Made by a program: the position numbers and the translations under genes. Source: Octopus sinensis (Eukaryota). Taken from it: a DNA stretch of 64,000 nucleotides. A model generated the notes under the pieces. It had not been told where the DNA came from and ran no database searches. It was given only the letters and a program-made list of their open reading frames with translations. Of the stretch, positions 23,721 through 36,669 are shown piece after piece. The first letter of the stretch is position 1. Each line of letters opens with the position of its first letter. Location of the stretch: contig NC_043007.1 of NCBI RefSeq assembly GCF_006345805.1, positions 13,888,001 to 13,952,000 on the forward strand, in the 5' to 3' direction.

Positions 23721-24030
23721 TTAAACTGGTTCTAACACAAAAAAAAGCATGGCTAGAATATTTAGATTAGGAGAGAAATAGAGAGGGTGTGGTGGGAGGG
23801 AAGGAAGGAAAGAAGCATGACCATGTGGAGTGACATGGAGGAATTGGTTTGAAAAAAAGCACTTCAATAGGGTACTTTTGGATAAGGTAAAGAATCTTCA
23901 GCACATGTACATACATGTATAAAAATACAAACACAGTATGTATGTATGTGTGCATATATATATATATATGTATGATAATATATATATATATATGTATGTA
24001 TATATATGTATATATATGTATATATATATG

Positions 24031-24061
<31 letters not shown>

Positions 24062-24249
24062 ATATGTATATCAAAATATATTAAGCCACCAAGCCTACAC
24101 CCACCTGCCAGACATCCGAGTGAAGCATCACTTTATTATACTGATGTACATTAAATTTGCACACGAAAATATAAAAATAAAAATAAAAATAAAAAGCAAA
24201 AAGAAAAAAGAAAAAAAACTGACTTGAAGGAGGAAATTGAGTCAATAAA

Positions 24250-24283
<34 letters not shown>

Positions 24284-24515
24284 TGGAATTCAAGGTTTTT
24301 GAAAGAAATCTAAAAATTAACATACCATACACACACACACACACACACCCACGGTTTCTTTGGTAATAGAAGGATGTCTTGAAAATATGAAATTAGTTTA
24401 AAAAATATAAATCTCAAATAAATAACAGTGGTGTTAGAATGGAGATATATCAAATATAAGAAAACATAAGGCAAGGTTGTGCACACACCAAGTTGTATTG
24501 ATGTGTGTGTGCATC

Positions 24516-24562
<47 letters not shown>

Positions 24563-24715
24563 TGGGTGTGCATACATATGCATGTGTGCACGTACGTGTG
24601 TGTATAAACTAGACACAACACCAGAAACGTTATTTTAAAAATATTAACTATATAATATACATATTTGAAATGAGAAAATGATGCAGAGAAAGACATATAT
24701 ATATGTATGTATATA

Positions 24716-24763
<48 letters not shown>

Positions 24764-25075
24764 TATACATACACACACACATATATATACATATACACAT
24801 ATATACACATATATATATATACATATGCACACAATATATGCACACATACATACACATATACACACACATGTACACATACATATAGACATATATATATACA
24901 TACACACACACATATACACACACCTACATACATATATATATACTTACACATATTTATATATATATATATATATGCATGAATGTGTAGTACATATGTAAAC
25001 ATATATGTCTGTATATGTGCATGTGTGTATACACACATGTATACATAAACATACATGCGCACACATCAGAATGTG

Positions 25076-25119
<44 letters not shown>

Positions 25120-25888
25120 CACACATGTATTATTTGAGAAATAAAAATAAAAAACAATAAGAGACAAGGGAGAAACACACACACACACACACAAGCATGG
25201 AATATCTAGAAAATGAAATGGAATAAAAAAAAAAATTAAAAAAAGGATAAGAAAGGAAGAAAAAACAAAGAATGGTAAGGCGAGTGGGTGGGCGGGGTGG
25301 GTGGAGACAAAAGGAAAAAAAAAAAGAAACAAAAATAATAAAAATACAATAAAATAAATAATAAAAAAAAATGCCATGAAAAAATAATTTGTGTTGTTCT
25401 TTATGTCAAGCTGACCTATATAGGAGTAGAAAACAGCATTGTTATTGATTAGTTGAAAGTTGGAGAATACAGTTGGCTAGCAGTGGCAGAAAAAGAGAAA
25501 AATGGATTAATTGCAGAGAAAACGGGAGTCAGAGGTTTGAGATTCTCTTTCACAGCAGATGAATAGGAAAAAAATATTTTTTTGGTAAAGAACAAGGGGC
25601 AAGAAGAAGAAGAAGAAGAAGAGGAAAAAGGAAAGAGAGAAAGAAAGAAATTTGAAAAAAAAAAAAAGAAAAAGAAAGGGAGGGAAAATGACAATAGAGA
25701 GAAGATGGGGATGAGAAGGAGGGAGAGATGAGAGATGGAGAAGGATAGAAAGAATGAGTAAGAGAGAGAGAGTTTACTATAATGTGACGGAACATGAAGA
25801 TGGTGGTGACAGAATGCATCATCTTAGTAACACAGTTGATGTTACTTATATTAAATTCTACATACATTAACTATACATATATATTATG

Positions 25889-25924
<36 letters not shown>

Positions 25925-26439
25925 GTAATCTGAGAAGAAAAAACAAATAAAAGAATGCATGGATAACCTTTGACACAGATTGAACCACAAACCTGCAGCT
26001 GACGAGGAAAAGCGGTATCAACTACTCTAACTTGCAAATAACGTTCAGCTTATATCAATAACAATAAAAAAAAAAATCACAGTTGTGTGTGTATGTGTGT
26101 GTAACAAAATGTCAATATATATATATGTGCACATGCGTATGTGTGTGAGTGTGTGCAGACATACATAAATATATACACACACACACACACACACACATGC
26201 ATATACAGACACCTGGAGAAATCAGACGGAAATAATAAGAACCCGTTACAGATGGAACAAATGAGAAATTGCCCCTCGTCTGCAGTTCATTTAGGTACGG
26301 TGGTTTTGCTGTCCAAGGGCAATAACACAGTTCGACCCTCTCTCAAACACACACACACAGGTGCACATATAGGCATTTGATTAACAAGTTTACTTCACAA
26401 CTGACAGGATTTGGGGGTTAGCATCTTTTATTATATAAC

Positions 26440-26698
26440 CTCAGGTTGAGCCATCTCTTGTGGATGCAATTCTATAGCAATATATTTGTACATAAGCTCA
26501 TTGTGTGGGAGACTGACAGGGTGCACATTTCTCTCATCAAATTCACATCGGTTGTGAACTAAGCCAGGCTGCTCCGACAACTTTGCTGTTTGTCCATCGT
26601 CCAATGAGGAAGTAGGATTGTAGCTTTTGGTACATGAATGCTGACCATAAACAAAAGCATCACCATTCACAGAGACGATGCCTTTTGTTTGCAGTCCT
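26440..26698 (-). CDS. candidate 259-nt exon within ORF 26431-26769, product unknown
   Basis: non-repetitive open frame (GLQTKGIVSVNGDAFVYG...ELHPQEMAQPE), ttgctttcccag acceptor, weak GAG|gttata donor or stop three codons later. Confidence 0.25.
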
Positions 26699-28545
26699 CT
26701 GGGAAAGCAAGTCCAAGCAGCCCGTTGTTTGATAGACGAGGGGAGTTTTTTTTTTTTAACGAGCTCCAAAACAGATGAGGGTTGAAATCAGGAAAGGTAA
26801 CCAGTAGTAGAAATTTCTGCTTCAACGAAATCTAAGATTAATGAAGTAATTATTAATTATTTAGCAGATATGAATGACTATAGGTAGTGGGTAATGATTT
26901 TCTTCACTGCTTCAGGGAGTGATGACCCTGCCTGATATGAGTCCCGTGCTCAGCTGGCTCTGGCTGACAGTACCTGGTATGGGCCCCTCTTCAGGGTTAT
27001 GGAAAGGAGACAACTTTCAAAGAAATCCAGAGCAGAGCCCCATAGGTGGTTTAGTGTTCAACTCAATGCTCTTCCGGCAGCTCCTGCAACCAAGCTGGTA
27101 CCAAACGTAATGCTCTGCACTCTTTTGGACAACATCAGCAAGGTCAAGAGAGGAATCCTGATAATTGGGCTACCCAGGATTTTTTTACATCTAGTCTAGG
27201 CCTGAAGAAACTGGAGAGGACCCTTCAGTCCAACCTTTTTTATGCGCAATTCCACTGTCTCCCGAGACAAAGAGATACCAACAATATATATGAATAACCG
27301 TGACAATTATACATGCTCACCGATATTGGTCTAACTCTTATCATGCTTTGCGCAGCAATCAGAATAACCCATAAAACCAGAGTATAACTTTTTACTGAAC
27401 TAAGAGTTGATTAATTAGATCTATTTTACTCAACAAGATTTTATGTAAATTACTATTTCTAAATCTCAGCAATAGTACTTTGTCATAAAAGATTGTTTAC
27501 CAACATAACATGGTAGTCCTGATTTAGGAATAATGTTGCTGTATTCCCTTGTTCGAAAATATAAGGATACAAATTGTGTTGTATAGCCAATTGGAGACAA
27601 TGTCTCCTGGGGCTAAATTACAGCAACATTCGTCCTACATCAGGACTGCCAAGTTATGTTAGCAAACAATCTTTACTACATTTTATGTCTACTGCCAAAG
27701 TCAACTGCCACCTTCCACGACGACCACCACCAGGAAACTTCAATATCTGCTCTCCACAATTTAGAGAACTGACAATGTAGAGTTAGTATTCTTCTACAAA
27801 AATTCCATGGCAAAGGAAACACTCGCAGCAGTATCTGCACTCTTGGTCAATCGATGTATTGGTCAAACTGATATTTTAGCCGATTGCTAGGCACTTCTGA
27901 CACCAATCTGCCGAAGACCATCCTACATTCCATGTTTGGATGTGAACATGCTGAAGCGAAATCTTTCATAATTAAAATCTCCCATTGTAATTATATTTAA
28001 GAAGTCAAGATTCCAACAGCAACTTATTAGTACCAACAATTAAAACATTGCAAAAATAATTAGTTTTAAATAAGACATTGGACATTTTCTGTAAAGGTAA
28101 AACATCCTCAGATATTCCTGAATAAGATTTTTTTTTAAGAAAATAAAGAAAAAAAGTTAATCTGTAGATTTATTAACCATACTGAGGAGCACATAAACTG
28201 CAAATTTGACACCCTTGGATTTTTTTGGGGGGGCGGTTTTTGTATGTCAAGGCCACTTTATGTAATGTAACCAGGTTTGAAGTTGACAATAGATGTGATT
28301 TAAGAGTGATTTGACTGTTATTGCTAGCAGATCTAGTATCTGAAGATTCTTCGTGTTGGCATTTGATATTATCAAAGTATCTCTCTCCCTCTCTCTCACA
28401 TACACACACACACACACAAACACAAAAGGGGCAACAAAGAAAGTACAGGTGTGTGGGTGCATACAAGACAGGTGTGTGCATTAGTAGAACAAACGAACTA
28501 CAGAAAGGGACAAACCCTCAGCTAATTAGGGTGGGGGTTTAATAT

Positions 28546-28867
28546 TTTACCTTTTACTTGTTTCAGGCATAAGGATGTGGCCATGCTGGGGCACAGGCCC
28601 GAAGAATTTTTAGTCGAATGAACCAACCGCAGAATTTTCAATTTTAAAGCCTGGTTCCTTTCCTATTGGTTTCTTTTGCTGAACTGCTAAGTTACAGGGA
28701 CATAAACCAAGACTTGTAGGGAGAAACGCACACACACACACATACACCATGGGATTCTTTAAGTTTCCATTTGCTAAATCCACTCAAAAGCCCAAGGCTA
28801 TAGAAGATACATGCCCAAGGTGTCACACAGTGGGACTGAACCCAGAACCATGTGCTCAGGAAGCAAA
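28546..28867 (-). mobile_element. family A SINE
   Basis: tail ttttacttgtttcag..ggccatgctgggg through gcccaaggtgtcacacagtgggactgaacc. Confidence 0.8.
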
Positions 28868-28905
28868 AGGTCATAGGCACTGCTTTCACCCCTGACCAAA
28901 AACTT

Positions 28906-29290
28906 GTGTGGTAAGAAGCTTGCTTCCCAATCATATGGTTTCAGGTTCAGTCCCACTGTGAGACACCTTGGGCAAGTGTCTTCTACTATAGCCTTGGGCT
29001 GACCAAAGCCTTGTGAGTGGATTTGGTAGACGGAAACTGAAAGAAGCCCATCGTGTATAAATATATGTATTTGTGTGTCTGCATTTGTCCCCTCCCCACC
29101 CCAACCATCGCCTGACAACCAACATGGGCGTGTTTATGTACTCGTACCTTAGCGGTTCGGCAAAAGAGGTTGTTAAGAATAAGTACAAGGCTTACAAAGA
29201 ATAAGTCCTGGAGTCAGTTTTTTTTTTCAATTAAAGGCGGTGCTCCAGCATGGTCGCAGTCAAATGACTGAAACAAATAAAAGAATAAAG
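28906..29290 (+). mobile_element. family A SINE, near full length
   Basis: gtgtggtaagaagcttgcttccc..ccttgggcaagtgtcttctactatagcc..cagtcaaatgactgaaacaaataaaag. Confidence 0.85.
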
Positions 29291-30489
29291 AAAAAAAAAA
29301 TCTTTGTGTGCTGTTCTATTGTATTGAACCTGCAAACCAATTATCACAAAATGCAGAGCTGTATTTACTGCGCTGCACCAAACATGCTGTCTCTGTTTTC
29401 TCAACTGCCGTTCTTTGTCTATAATGGTAACGTAATGTAACCAATATCTCCAGAGATTCTGTTACTACATTTGCATGGCTATTCCAGTGGAATACTACCA
29501 CTAATCAGCTGCAATAGAAGAAAGCTGATTAATATTCAACTGTATTTCCCAAAGAGGTCATTCATCTAAGTAAGCACTGGCCTTAATTGAAAGATTTTTA
29601 ATTCCTGCTGAAGTGAGAGGAGCAGCCAACATTCACAGCAATGATTGCAGCTGCTTACAACTCCCACTTCACCTCGTCTTCCACATCTCTCCCTCTCTCT
29701 CTCTCTCTCATACGCATGCAGAGAAATATTGGACTTTTCAGTAAAGTAGATTTATGAAGCATCAATGTTGCTAGGTATCCAAGCAAGAAGCAATTAGTTG
29801 ATAAATAAATATATTCTTCAATAATAATAATAATAATAATAACAACGCTAAACCTAATATATCCATTGGTTAGATTAAACAGGTGTATAGATTTATTAAT
29901 TAAAAAGCAAAAGCAAAAATCTACTCACTCCCGACTTTGAGATGCTTCATCACCAACAAGTAACGCCAGAAGAATGAGCTTCTTATTAAGAGAGCCAGTT
30001 AACTGATTAAAATACAGTCCACAGAAAGAAAACATCACAACACACACACACACACAAACACACACACAAGTAAGTAATTAATGGAATTATATACACACAC
30101 AACAGCTGGGAATTGAAACCAGGTAGAAGGACTGGCTCAGTAGCAACAGCAACAGCTTAATTTTTAATCCATCATTCTTGCCACAGCGTAGAATCACATT
30201 CAAAAGTACGTGCAAACCACTGTATTTTAAATTGTATCTGTACAGGCAAATACACACATTGTATATCAAAACAATGGAAGCGTGTTTGCATAACAGGAGA
30301 AAGTGTATATATTTGGCGTGTCAACATTGATGTATTTATGGTGGGTCACTGATGAGGTGGAATGCACGATTGCATAATGTCTACTTGTTATGTAATTAGT
30401 TCGGCATTTTGCTGAAACTTGTGTATGTCCTATAAAGCTTTGAATACCACACCTACTTTCTGCTTATTATTTCTTTAACATATATATGC

Positions 30490-30640
30490 AGGCATGGCAG
30501 TGTGGTAAGGAGGTTCACTTCACAACCCAATGGTCTCAGGTTTAGTTCCACTGCATGGTATCTTCTGCGATGTCTTCTATACCCAACAAATACCAAAAGA
30601 GTAAAATTGGTCGATGGCAACTGTGCAGAAGCCCACTGAG
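30490..30640 (+). mobile_element. degenerate family A SINE 5' part
   Basis: gcatggcagtgtggtaagg..caggtttagttccactgcatgg..tgtcttctatac. Confidence 0.55.
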
Positions 30641-31542
30641 TATATGGCCATCTCTCTGTCTGTCTGTCTGTCTAGACATATATTACAAACATACACAAAT
30701 ATGTTCATGTATGGATATGTGGCTCTTTGCCCTTAAGGGACTGTTTATGTTCTGTAACTTAGTGTGGCAACTATTTGACTATAAATCATAAAATATTTCC
30801 ACAGAAAAATTGTTTAAAATTTGCCAAGAAATCCCTTCTGATAGGAGATACTCTGAGTAGCAAAGTTACTTGCCACACCTGCAATATTCAGATTTTGTGC
30901 TCTTAACACATCTAACTATATAATATCAATCAGAGTAGAATATGAACGTCTTCAGGTGCCACAAACACACAGAGGAACACGCGGAAACAATTTCCAGGTG
31001 TTTGACCTCGTTTTTTTATTTTTATTTCTGCAGTAAAAATCAGAAAAGATGGGTTTAAGTGCATGGAAGTTGTTTCCTACTGCATCTAAATGGCCATAAA
31101 AAAGAAAAAAAACCCCAAAAAACTGCAACATGTAGTCTATAACTGTCAATTAGCAAAGGAGGGAGAAATCTAGATAACTATAGTCAAAATATGTATTCAC
31201 ACATACGTGTGTGTGTGTGTGTGTATGTATATCTCAGTGGATGTAAAATTGAATGAATATATATATATTCACACATATATGTGTGTGTGTGTGTGTGTGT
31301 AGATGTGTTTGTCCCCCACCACCACTTGACAGTATTGGTTTGTTTACATCCCTGTTAAAATAACAGTTTGATAGAATAGGTACCAGGCTTTAAAAAGTAA
31401 AGAACTGGGGTGCCCCAGCATGGTCGCAATCTAAAGACAGAAAAAAGTAAAAGGTGTATGCATGTATGTAAAGAATAGATTTGAAAAAAAAAACCCCATT
31501 CTAATTCCATCTCACACACGTAAGAGTATATATATTATACAT

Positions 31543-31580
<38 letters not shown>

Positions 31581-32361
31581 CACACACCTGTGTGCACGCA
31601 TATATTTACTGACACATACAGTGTGTGTGTATGTGTGTGTGTATGTTTTCACACACATTACAACATGAAGAAAATGGACATAAAATGGATAATGACAATA
31701 ATGGTAGTCCATATTCTTGAACCAGTTCTGAACTTGGCACCTCAATTCCTAACCCCTACTTACCCTAGCAATAACTCATTTCTAAAATATAGATACACAG
31801 TTCAAAGTTTACAAAAATCACATATACAGCATGGTTATTGATTTTCTTCTTTTCCAACAGGGGAGAAAAAAAAAGAAAAACAATATCTTAACCAGACCTT
31901 CTTACGCCAACCTCGTAAATACCTGAAAAAGAACAAGACACTCTAGATTTCCCCAGAACCATTTTTGACTTATAGCATTATTTCTAACAATCAGTTGTGT
32001 AACAAGGAAACCGAATTATAAAAAAGCTTCTGTTGCTTGGTTCCAGATATTGCATGAAAGTCCACAGAGCCATAGCAACTCAACCCTCCTCATATCATAC
32101 TAATCTCACCAGAATTACCCAAGAATTCAATCACGAATGGACACCATCCCAAGCTTGGTTTTGGGAATGGATCACTTGAAGACCATACCTCAAAACGGAT
32201 TCTGGCACCACACCTTTGACATTTATAGAGAATACTCATTACTTACTGTTTCTATAGAGAGTACGGCTACTTTGTTAATAATTGTAATTCTTTACATACA
32301 TATATACAAGATCAGTGTATGAATAATTCTTATTGTTGGTATTTTAATCCATTTTTACTGT

Positions 32362-32588
32362 TTAACACTTTCGTTACCAACCCGGCTGAAACCGGCTCTT
32401 GCTCTGAGTACAAATGTCTTGTTTTCATAAGTTTTAAATTAAAATCTTCCCCAAAACCTTAGTCACAATTTATGTTCCTAACACTAGCTTAATGATAAGT
32501 TATTTTACTAAACTCTTTCTTATATTTAAAATTAATTGAAAGGAACTTAGAACATCTCTCAACAGAAATATGGTAACAGAAGGGCTAA
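32362..32588. mobile_element. piggyBac-type MITE
   Basis: TTAA-CACTTTCGTTACC ... GTAACAGAAGGG-CTAA. Confidence 0.75.
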
Positions 32589-32690
32589 GCCACATGAACA
32601 ACTTTACATATAAAATTCATTATTGTTTTTATAAGGCACAGTTCTGTACACAGAAAGACCCATCCTCTATAACAGAATCGATAACCTAGA

Positions 32691-32874
32691 ATCATGGTGC
32701 CATGTAAAAAGCACCCAGTACACTCTGTAAGATTGTTGGTATTAGGAAGGGGATGAAGTAGTAGAAACGAAGCCAAAACAGAATATGGAATCTGGTGTGG
32801 CCCCTGGTCTTGCCAGTTCATGTCAAGCCATCCAATCCCTATGCCAGCATGGAAAATGGACATTAAATGTTGAT
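32691..32874 (+). mobile_element. family C element 3' part
   Basis: aaaagcaccc..ttaggaagggg..ccagcatggaaaatggacattaaatg. Confidence 0.7.
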
Positions 32875-32989
32875 AGAGTACAATTTACTTCATAACTATC
32901 AAAGATTCTAATATTACATATACGTTACTTCCAGCACTGCTCCAAATTTCATTTGTACACCAAAACCCTGCCCTCAACCAACTCATACA

Positions 32990-33345
32990 CACTTAACGAA
33001 TACTTCACTTAACTTGATAGTAAGACCTTTCAATCCCTCAGATTCCTGTTATACCCAACTTTTCTCCCAGCTCTGCCCTGCATATTAAAACTATACATCC
33101 AGCTGAGCATATTTGCTCCACTTGCCCACAATCAACCCCGCAAAGCGCTTGATTTATTACCATGTTACCATGCAGTCATTCACAGATATCATACAATCTA
33201 ATTCTTCACTGACAGAGAATCCTCTTGTTGCCATCAGACGTAACAGCACCTTGAACATTTTTTCATTCCGTACTTTGAATACCACACTTTCAGAACACTT
33301 ACTTTGGATGCTAATAAATTCAGAAGCTACAAACTAATACAAGGA
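32990..33345 (-). mobile_element. decayed RTE-clade LINE, RT C-terminal region
   Basis: frameshifted translation KMFKVLLRLMATRGFSVS and AELGEKLGITGI matches the RTE pattern KFRELLPLL.T.GFSL..KGRLY ... ELR.KLGI. Confidence 0.6.
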
Positions 33346-33488
33346 ATTCCAAGTACTTAAAACAGTTTAATGTCAGAACAATAGAAAGTAGATCTGGGAA
33401 GACTGTGAAGATGCCGGAATGGAGATATGGATGTGTATTTGTGTACAAGTGGTAAATTACGGGTGTGATTCAGTAAGATACATCACAG

Positions 33489-33995
33489 TTAACCCTTTCA
33501 TTACCAACCCGGCTGAAACTGGCTCTGGCTCTGTAGTACAAATATCTTCTTTTAATAATTTCGTTTTTGGATTTGGTTTGCAAGATTCTTTATATGAGTT
33601 GGTGTGTTGAAGCATATTCTGCTGTGTCTGGGGAGAGTAATTTTCTTTTTGTGTCTTATAAGGTAACACACTCACTGGTAAAATTTCCACTTTATTTCTT
33701 ATTTTTATTTTCCTAAAATTTTCGTTGCGTCTTGCAACCTTTTCAATAGTCTTGACTCTGTCCGTTATTTGAAATAACGGACAGAGTCAAGACTACTGAA
33801 AAGGTTGCAAGACGCAACAAAAATTCTTTTAATAAGTTTTGAATTATAATCTTCCATCAAACTTTAGTCACAATTTATATTCCTAACACTGGCTTATTGA
33901 TAACTAAGTTATTTTACTAAATTCTTTGTTATATTCAAAATTAATTGAGAGAAACACAGAGCATCTCAAAATAAATACGGTAATGAAAGGGTTAA
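33489..33995. mobile_element. piggyBac-type MITE interrupted by a 265-bp insertion
   Basis: TTAA-CCCTTTCATTACC ... GTAATGAAAGGG-TTAA; MITE consensus resumes at 33836. Confidence 0.8.
33559..33823. mobile_element. Penelope-like insertion with a 12-bp TSD and a terminal 95-bp palindrome
   Basis: ttcttttaataa at 33547-33558 and 33824-33835; arms 33724-33770 and 33772-33818 differ at one position. Confidence 0.7.
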
Positions 33996-34149
33996 GGAAC
34001 ATGTACAAATTCTTGTGAATGTGTAACTAAGTAGGAATCAGGTGGGATAGGTTCATCATTAGCATAGAAATGAATTAAGTAATGGGCTAGCATGGAAGGC
34101 GGACGTTAAACGACGATGATGATGATGATGATGATGAATGGAAGTAGTC

Positions 34150-34460
34150 AGAGCATGTGACAGAATAATTAAGCTCAAACTAATCACAACGTCAGAGTAA
34201 TGGTGATCTTTGTATATGCAGCACCACAAGCAGCATCGACAGATGAGCAAAAATAACCATTTTTATGAAGTCCGCTCTTACCTCGTTAAGGAATGACATT
34301 GTCCTTGTTATCACGAGTAAGGCCATTATGGATGTGCTAGGCAACATAATGACGGTTATTCAAATGAGCCTAGAAGCTATTTATATGGGTGTATGGAATA
34401 GCAAACTATCAAGGCTTTTGAAGTTCTGTGATATAAGCGATCTTGCCATTTCTGTCTATA
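34150..34460 (+). mobile_element. decayed RTE-clade LINE, AP-endonuclease region
   Basis: RIIKLKL, VIFVYAAPQAASTDEQK and RLLKFCDISDLAI match RTE motifs ISAYAPQ...DE.K and RLLEFC...DL.I; several stops and frameshifts. Confidence 0.6.
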
Positions 34461-34585
34461 AATTCACTAACAAGGCTTTGGTCAGCCTGGGGCTATAGAA
34501 GAAGACGTTTGCCCAGAGTGCCACACAGTGGGACTGAACCCATAACGATGTGATTCGGAATCAAACTTCTTTGCACATAGCCTTG
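34460..34585 (-). mobile_element. family A SINE 5' part
   Basis: aaggctttggtcagcctggggctatag..gtgccacacagtgggactgaacc. Confidence 0.65.
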
Positions 34586-34597
34586 CCAGTGCAAATA

Positions 34598-34962
34598 TCT
34601 CTCTATATATAAACGGAAAAATGTCTGTGTGCGTGTCCTTTATACAAATGCACAATTTTTCAGTTAGAGGGCTCGCACTTTCTATGGTCATTCAAAAACG
34701 TCCAATGGTGGTCGCGCACATCTTTACCTTTCCCCAGTCACCCCACAAAGCCATTAAAAAATCAATAGAAGTTACTTTTTTTGTGAATTTTCTATCCAAA
34801 ACCCAATCGAAATGCTCGAAACTTGATACGCCAATTGCATGCCAGCTAGCTGTATGTGATTGGTCGGAGATTTGGACAGTACTCGTGTGTATGTGCGCAT
34901 GCACGCAGCTGTATATGCATGCACTAGCACTATGACCTGGCGTTGCAGGGTCACAGAGCTAG
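34598..34962 (+). mobile_element. non-autonomous Helitron, family 2, canonical termini
   Basis: A|TCTCTCTATATATAAA start, tgacctggcgttgcagggtca hairpin (34933-34953), CTAG|T end. Confidence 0.85.
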
Positions 34963-35517
34963 TAAATATATAAATATATTGCTAAAACAAGAACTGTGAG
35001 AGAGAAGAAACCAACCACGTCACTGACCACATTGGATCTGTTTGTGGGGTGTATAAATGCGTAAGCAGCTGAGTAAATGAAACAAAGAATGCACATTAGT
35101 TTAGGAAATGAGTTTTAGAAAACGGTAAATAAAAACGGAAAGCATCAACAATGTATGAGGAGCAACAACCCATGTCCAAACAAAGGCGAGGTATCTTTAT
35201 GTTTGATTAATCTGCTAGAAATAACAACCAGAAACCTTGGTAAAAAGCAAGGACAGATTGAAAGAGAGATTAGTCGGTCATGGCTGAAAGGTTTGCAGTC
35301 ATGGGAATCCTTGGTAACGGATGACCTGGAGCAGAACAGAATCAAACGGAAATAGTCCAGATCCCTCCTGCTTTCCAATAAGTGGTAATTGATCAACACA
35401 GGAGAGGAGATTCTTTGTGGTCAGTCACAGGATATAATATTAGGAAAGTAGCTGCTTGTCGCTAGAATTGTCTACAGATAGGGAGAATGTTGTTGCAAGG
35501 GACCAGTGTTGTTTGTA

Positions 35518-35751
35518 AAGGCGGCGAGCTGGCAGAAACGTTAGCACGCCGGGCGAAATGCTTAGCGGTATTTCGTCTGCTGTTACGTTCTGAGTTCAAA
35601 TTCCGCCGAGGTCGACTTTGCCTTTCATCCTTTCGGGATAGATAAATTAAGTACCAGTTACGCACTGGGGTCGATGTAATCGACTTAATCCGTTTGTCTG
35701 TCCTTGTTTGTCCCTTCTATGTTTAGCCCCTTGTGGGCAGTAAATAAATAA
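35518..35751 (+). mobile_element. family B tRNA-derived SINE, full length
   Basis: aaggcggcgagctggcagaa head, gagttcaaattccgcc B-box, gcctttcatcctttcggg..gataaattaagtacc core, gccccttgtgggcagtaaa tail. Confidence 0.9.
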
Positions 35752-35769
35752 GTGTTGTTGTTTGTAAAT

Positions 35770-35941
35770 TTATTTCTTTACTACCCACAAGGGCCTAAAC
35801 ACAGAGATGGGACAAACAAGGACAGACAAAGGGATTAAGTCGATTACATCGACCCCCAGTGCGTAACTGGTACTCAGTTTATCGGCCTCCGAAAGGATGA
35901 AAGGCAAAGTTGACCTCGGCGGAATTTGAACTCGGAACGTA
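35770..35941 (-). mobile_element. family B SINE, 5'-truncated, inverted relative to 35518-35751
   Basis: reverse complement of about 35581-35751. Confidence 0.9.
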
Positions 35942-35974
35942 TCGACAAATGGAGCAAAATCAATGGGTGGGGAT

Positions 35975-36026
<52 letters not shown>

Positions 36027-36255
36027 GAGCAAGGTGCTTTTGTCATTCTCTATAACATTGCTATGATCCATCGCTGTACTGTTATGTACGGCAGAAATTG
36101 GGAGCCCATTGTTAACAATGTCCTAAGCTTAATCCTATTAACAATACTTACAAACATGGGGACTACATTGAAAAGGGGATAAGCTATGGCCCTTAAACGA
36201 AAGGGTAATTATACATACACATATATGTATAAGAATGTTTATATATATATATATA

Positions 36256-36455
36256 CTCTTTTTACTCTTTTACTTGTTTCAGTCATTTGACTGTGGCCAT
36301 GCTGGAGTACCGCCTTCAGTCGAGCAGATTGACCCCCAGGACTTATTCTTTGTAAGCCTAGTACTTATTCTATCGGTCTCTTTGCCGAACTGCTAAGTTA
36401 CGGGGACGTAAACACACCAGCATCGGTTGTCAAACGATGTTGGGGGGGACAAAAA
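36256..36455 (-). mobile_element. family A SINE 3' half
   Basis: tacttgtttcagtcatttgactgtggccatgctggag..acaccagcatcggttgtcaa. Confidence 0.85.
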
Positions 36456-36669
36456 CATATATACAAAAAAATGTTTATAGACAGCAGTATGTAAAGGAAA
36501 ACTATAATTGTCCTTAAAAATTACTAAGGGTGTTAGAACACCTACTTTGCTAGAAATAGAAGCTAAAATGCTCTAATGCTTAGTCAAGGCACATAATTGT
36601 ATACATATATACTGACAGAGAGAGTTAAAATGCATAACATGTATGTGTGTGTGTGTGTGTGTGTGTGTA

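Noticed and set aside
9381-25377. Long ORFs rich in YI, CV, HT repeats (e.g. 9381-10028, 23057-23724, 47069-47821)
   Set aside because: They are translations of (AT)n, (GT)n and (CA)n microsatellites, which lack stop codons in several frames
30184-30210. Possible 19-nt microexon (cag|CGTAGAATCACATTCAAAA|gtacgt)
   Set aside because: Not frame-preserving and has no supporting context; such matches are common by chance
34265-34498. 77-aa ORF and a minus-strand GAG|gtaaga donor as a host exon
   Set aside because: Better explained as a decayed RTE endonuclease on the plus strand
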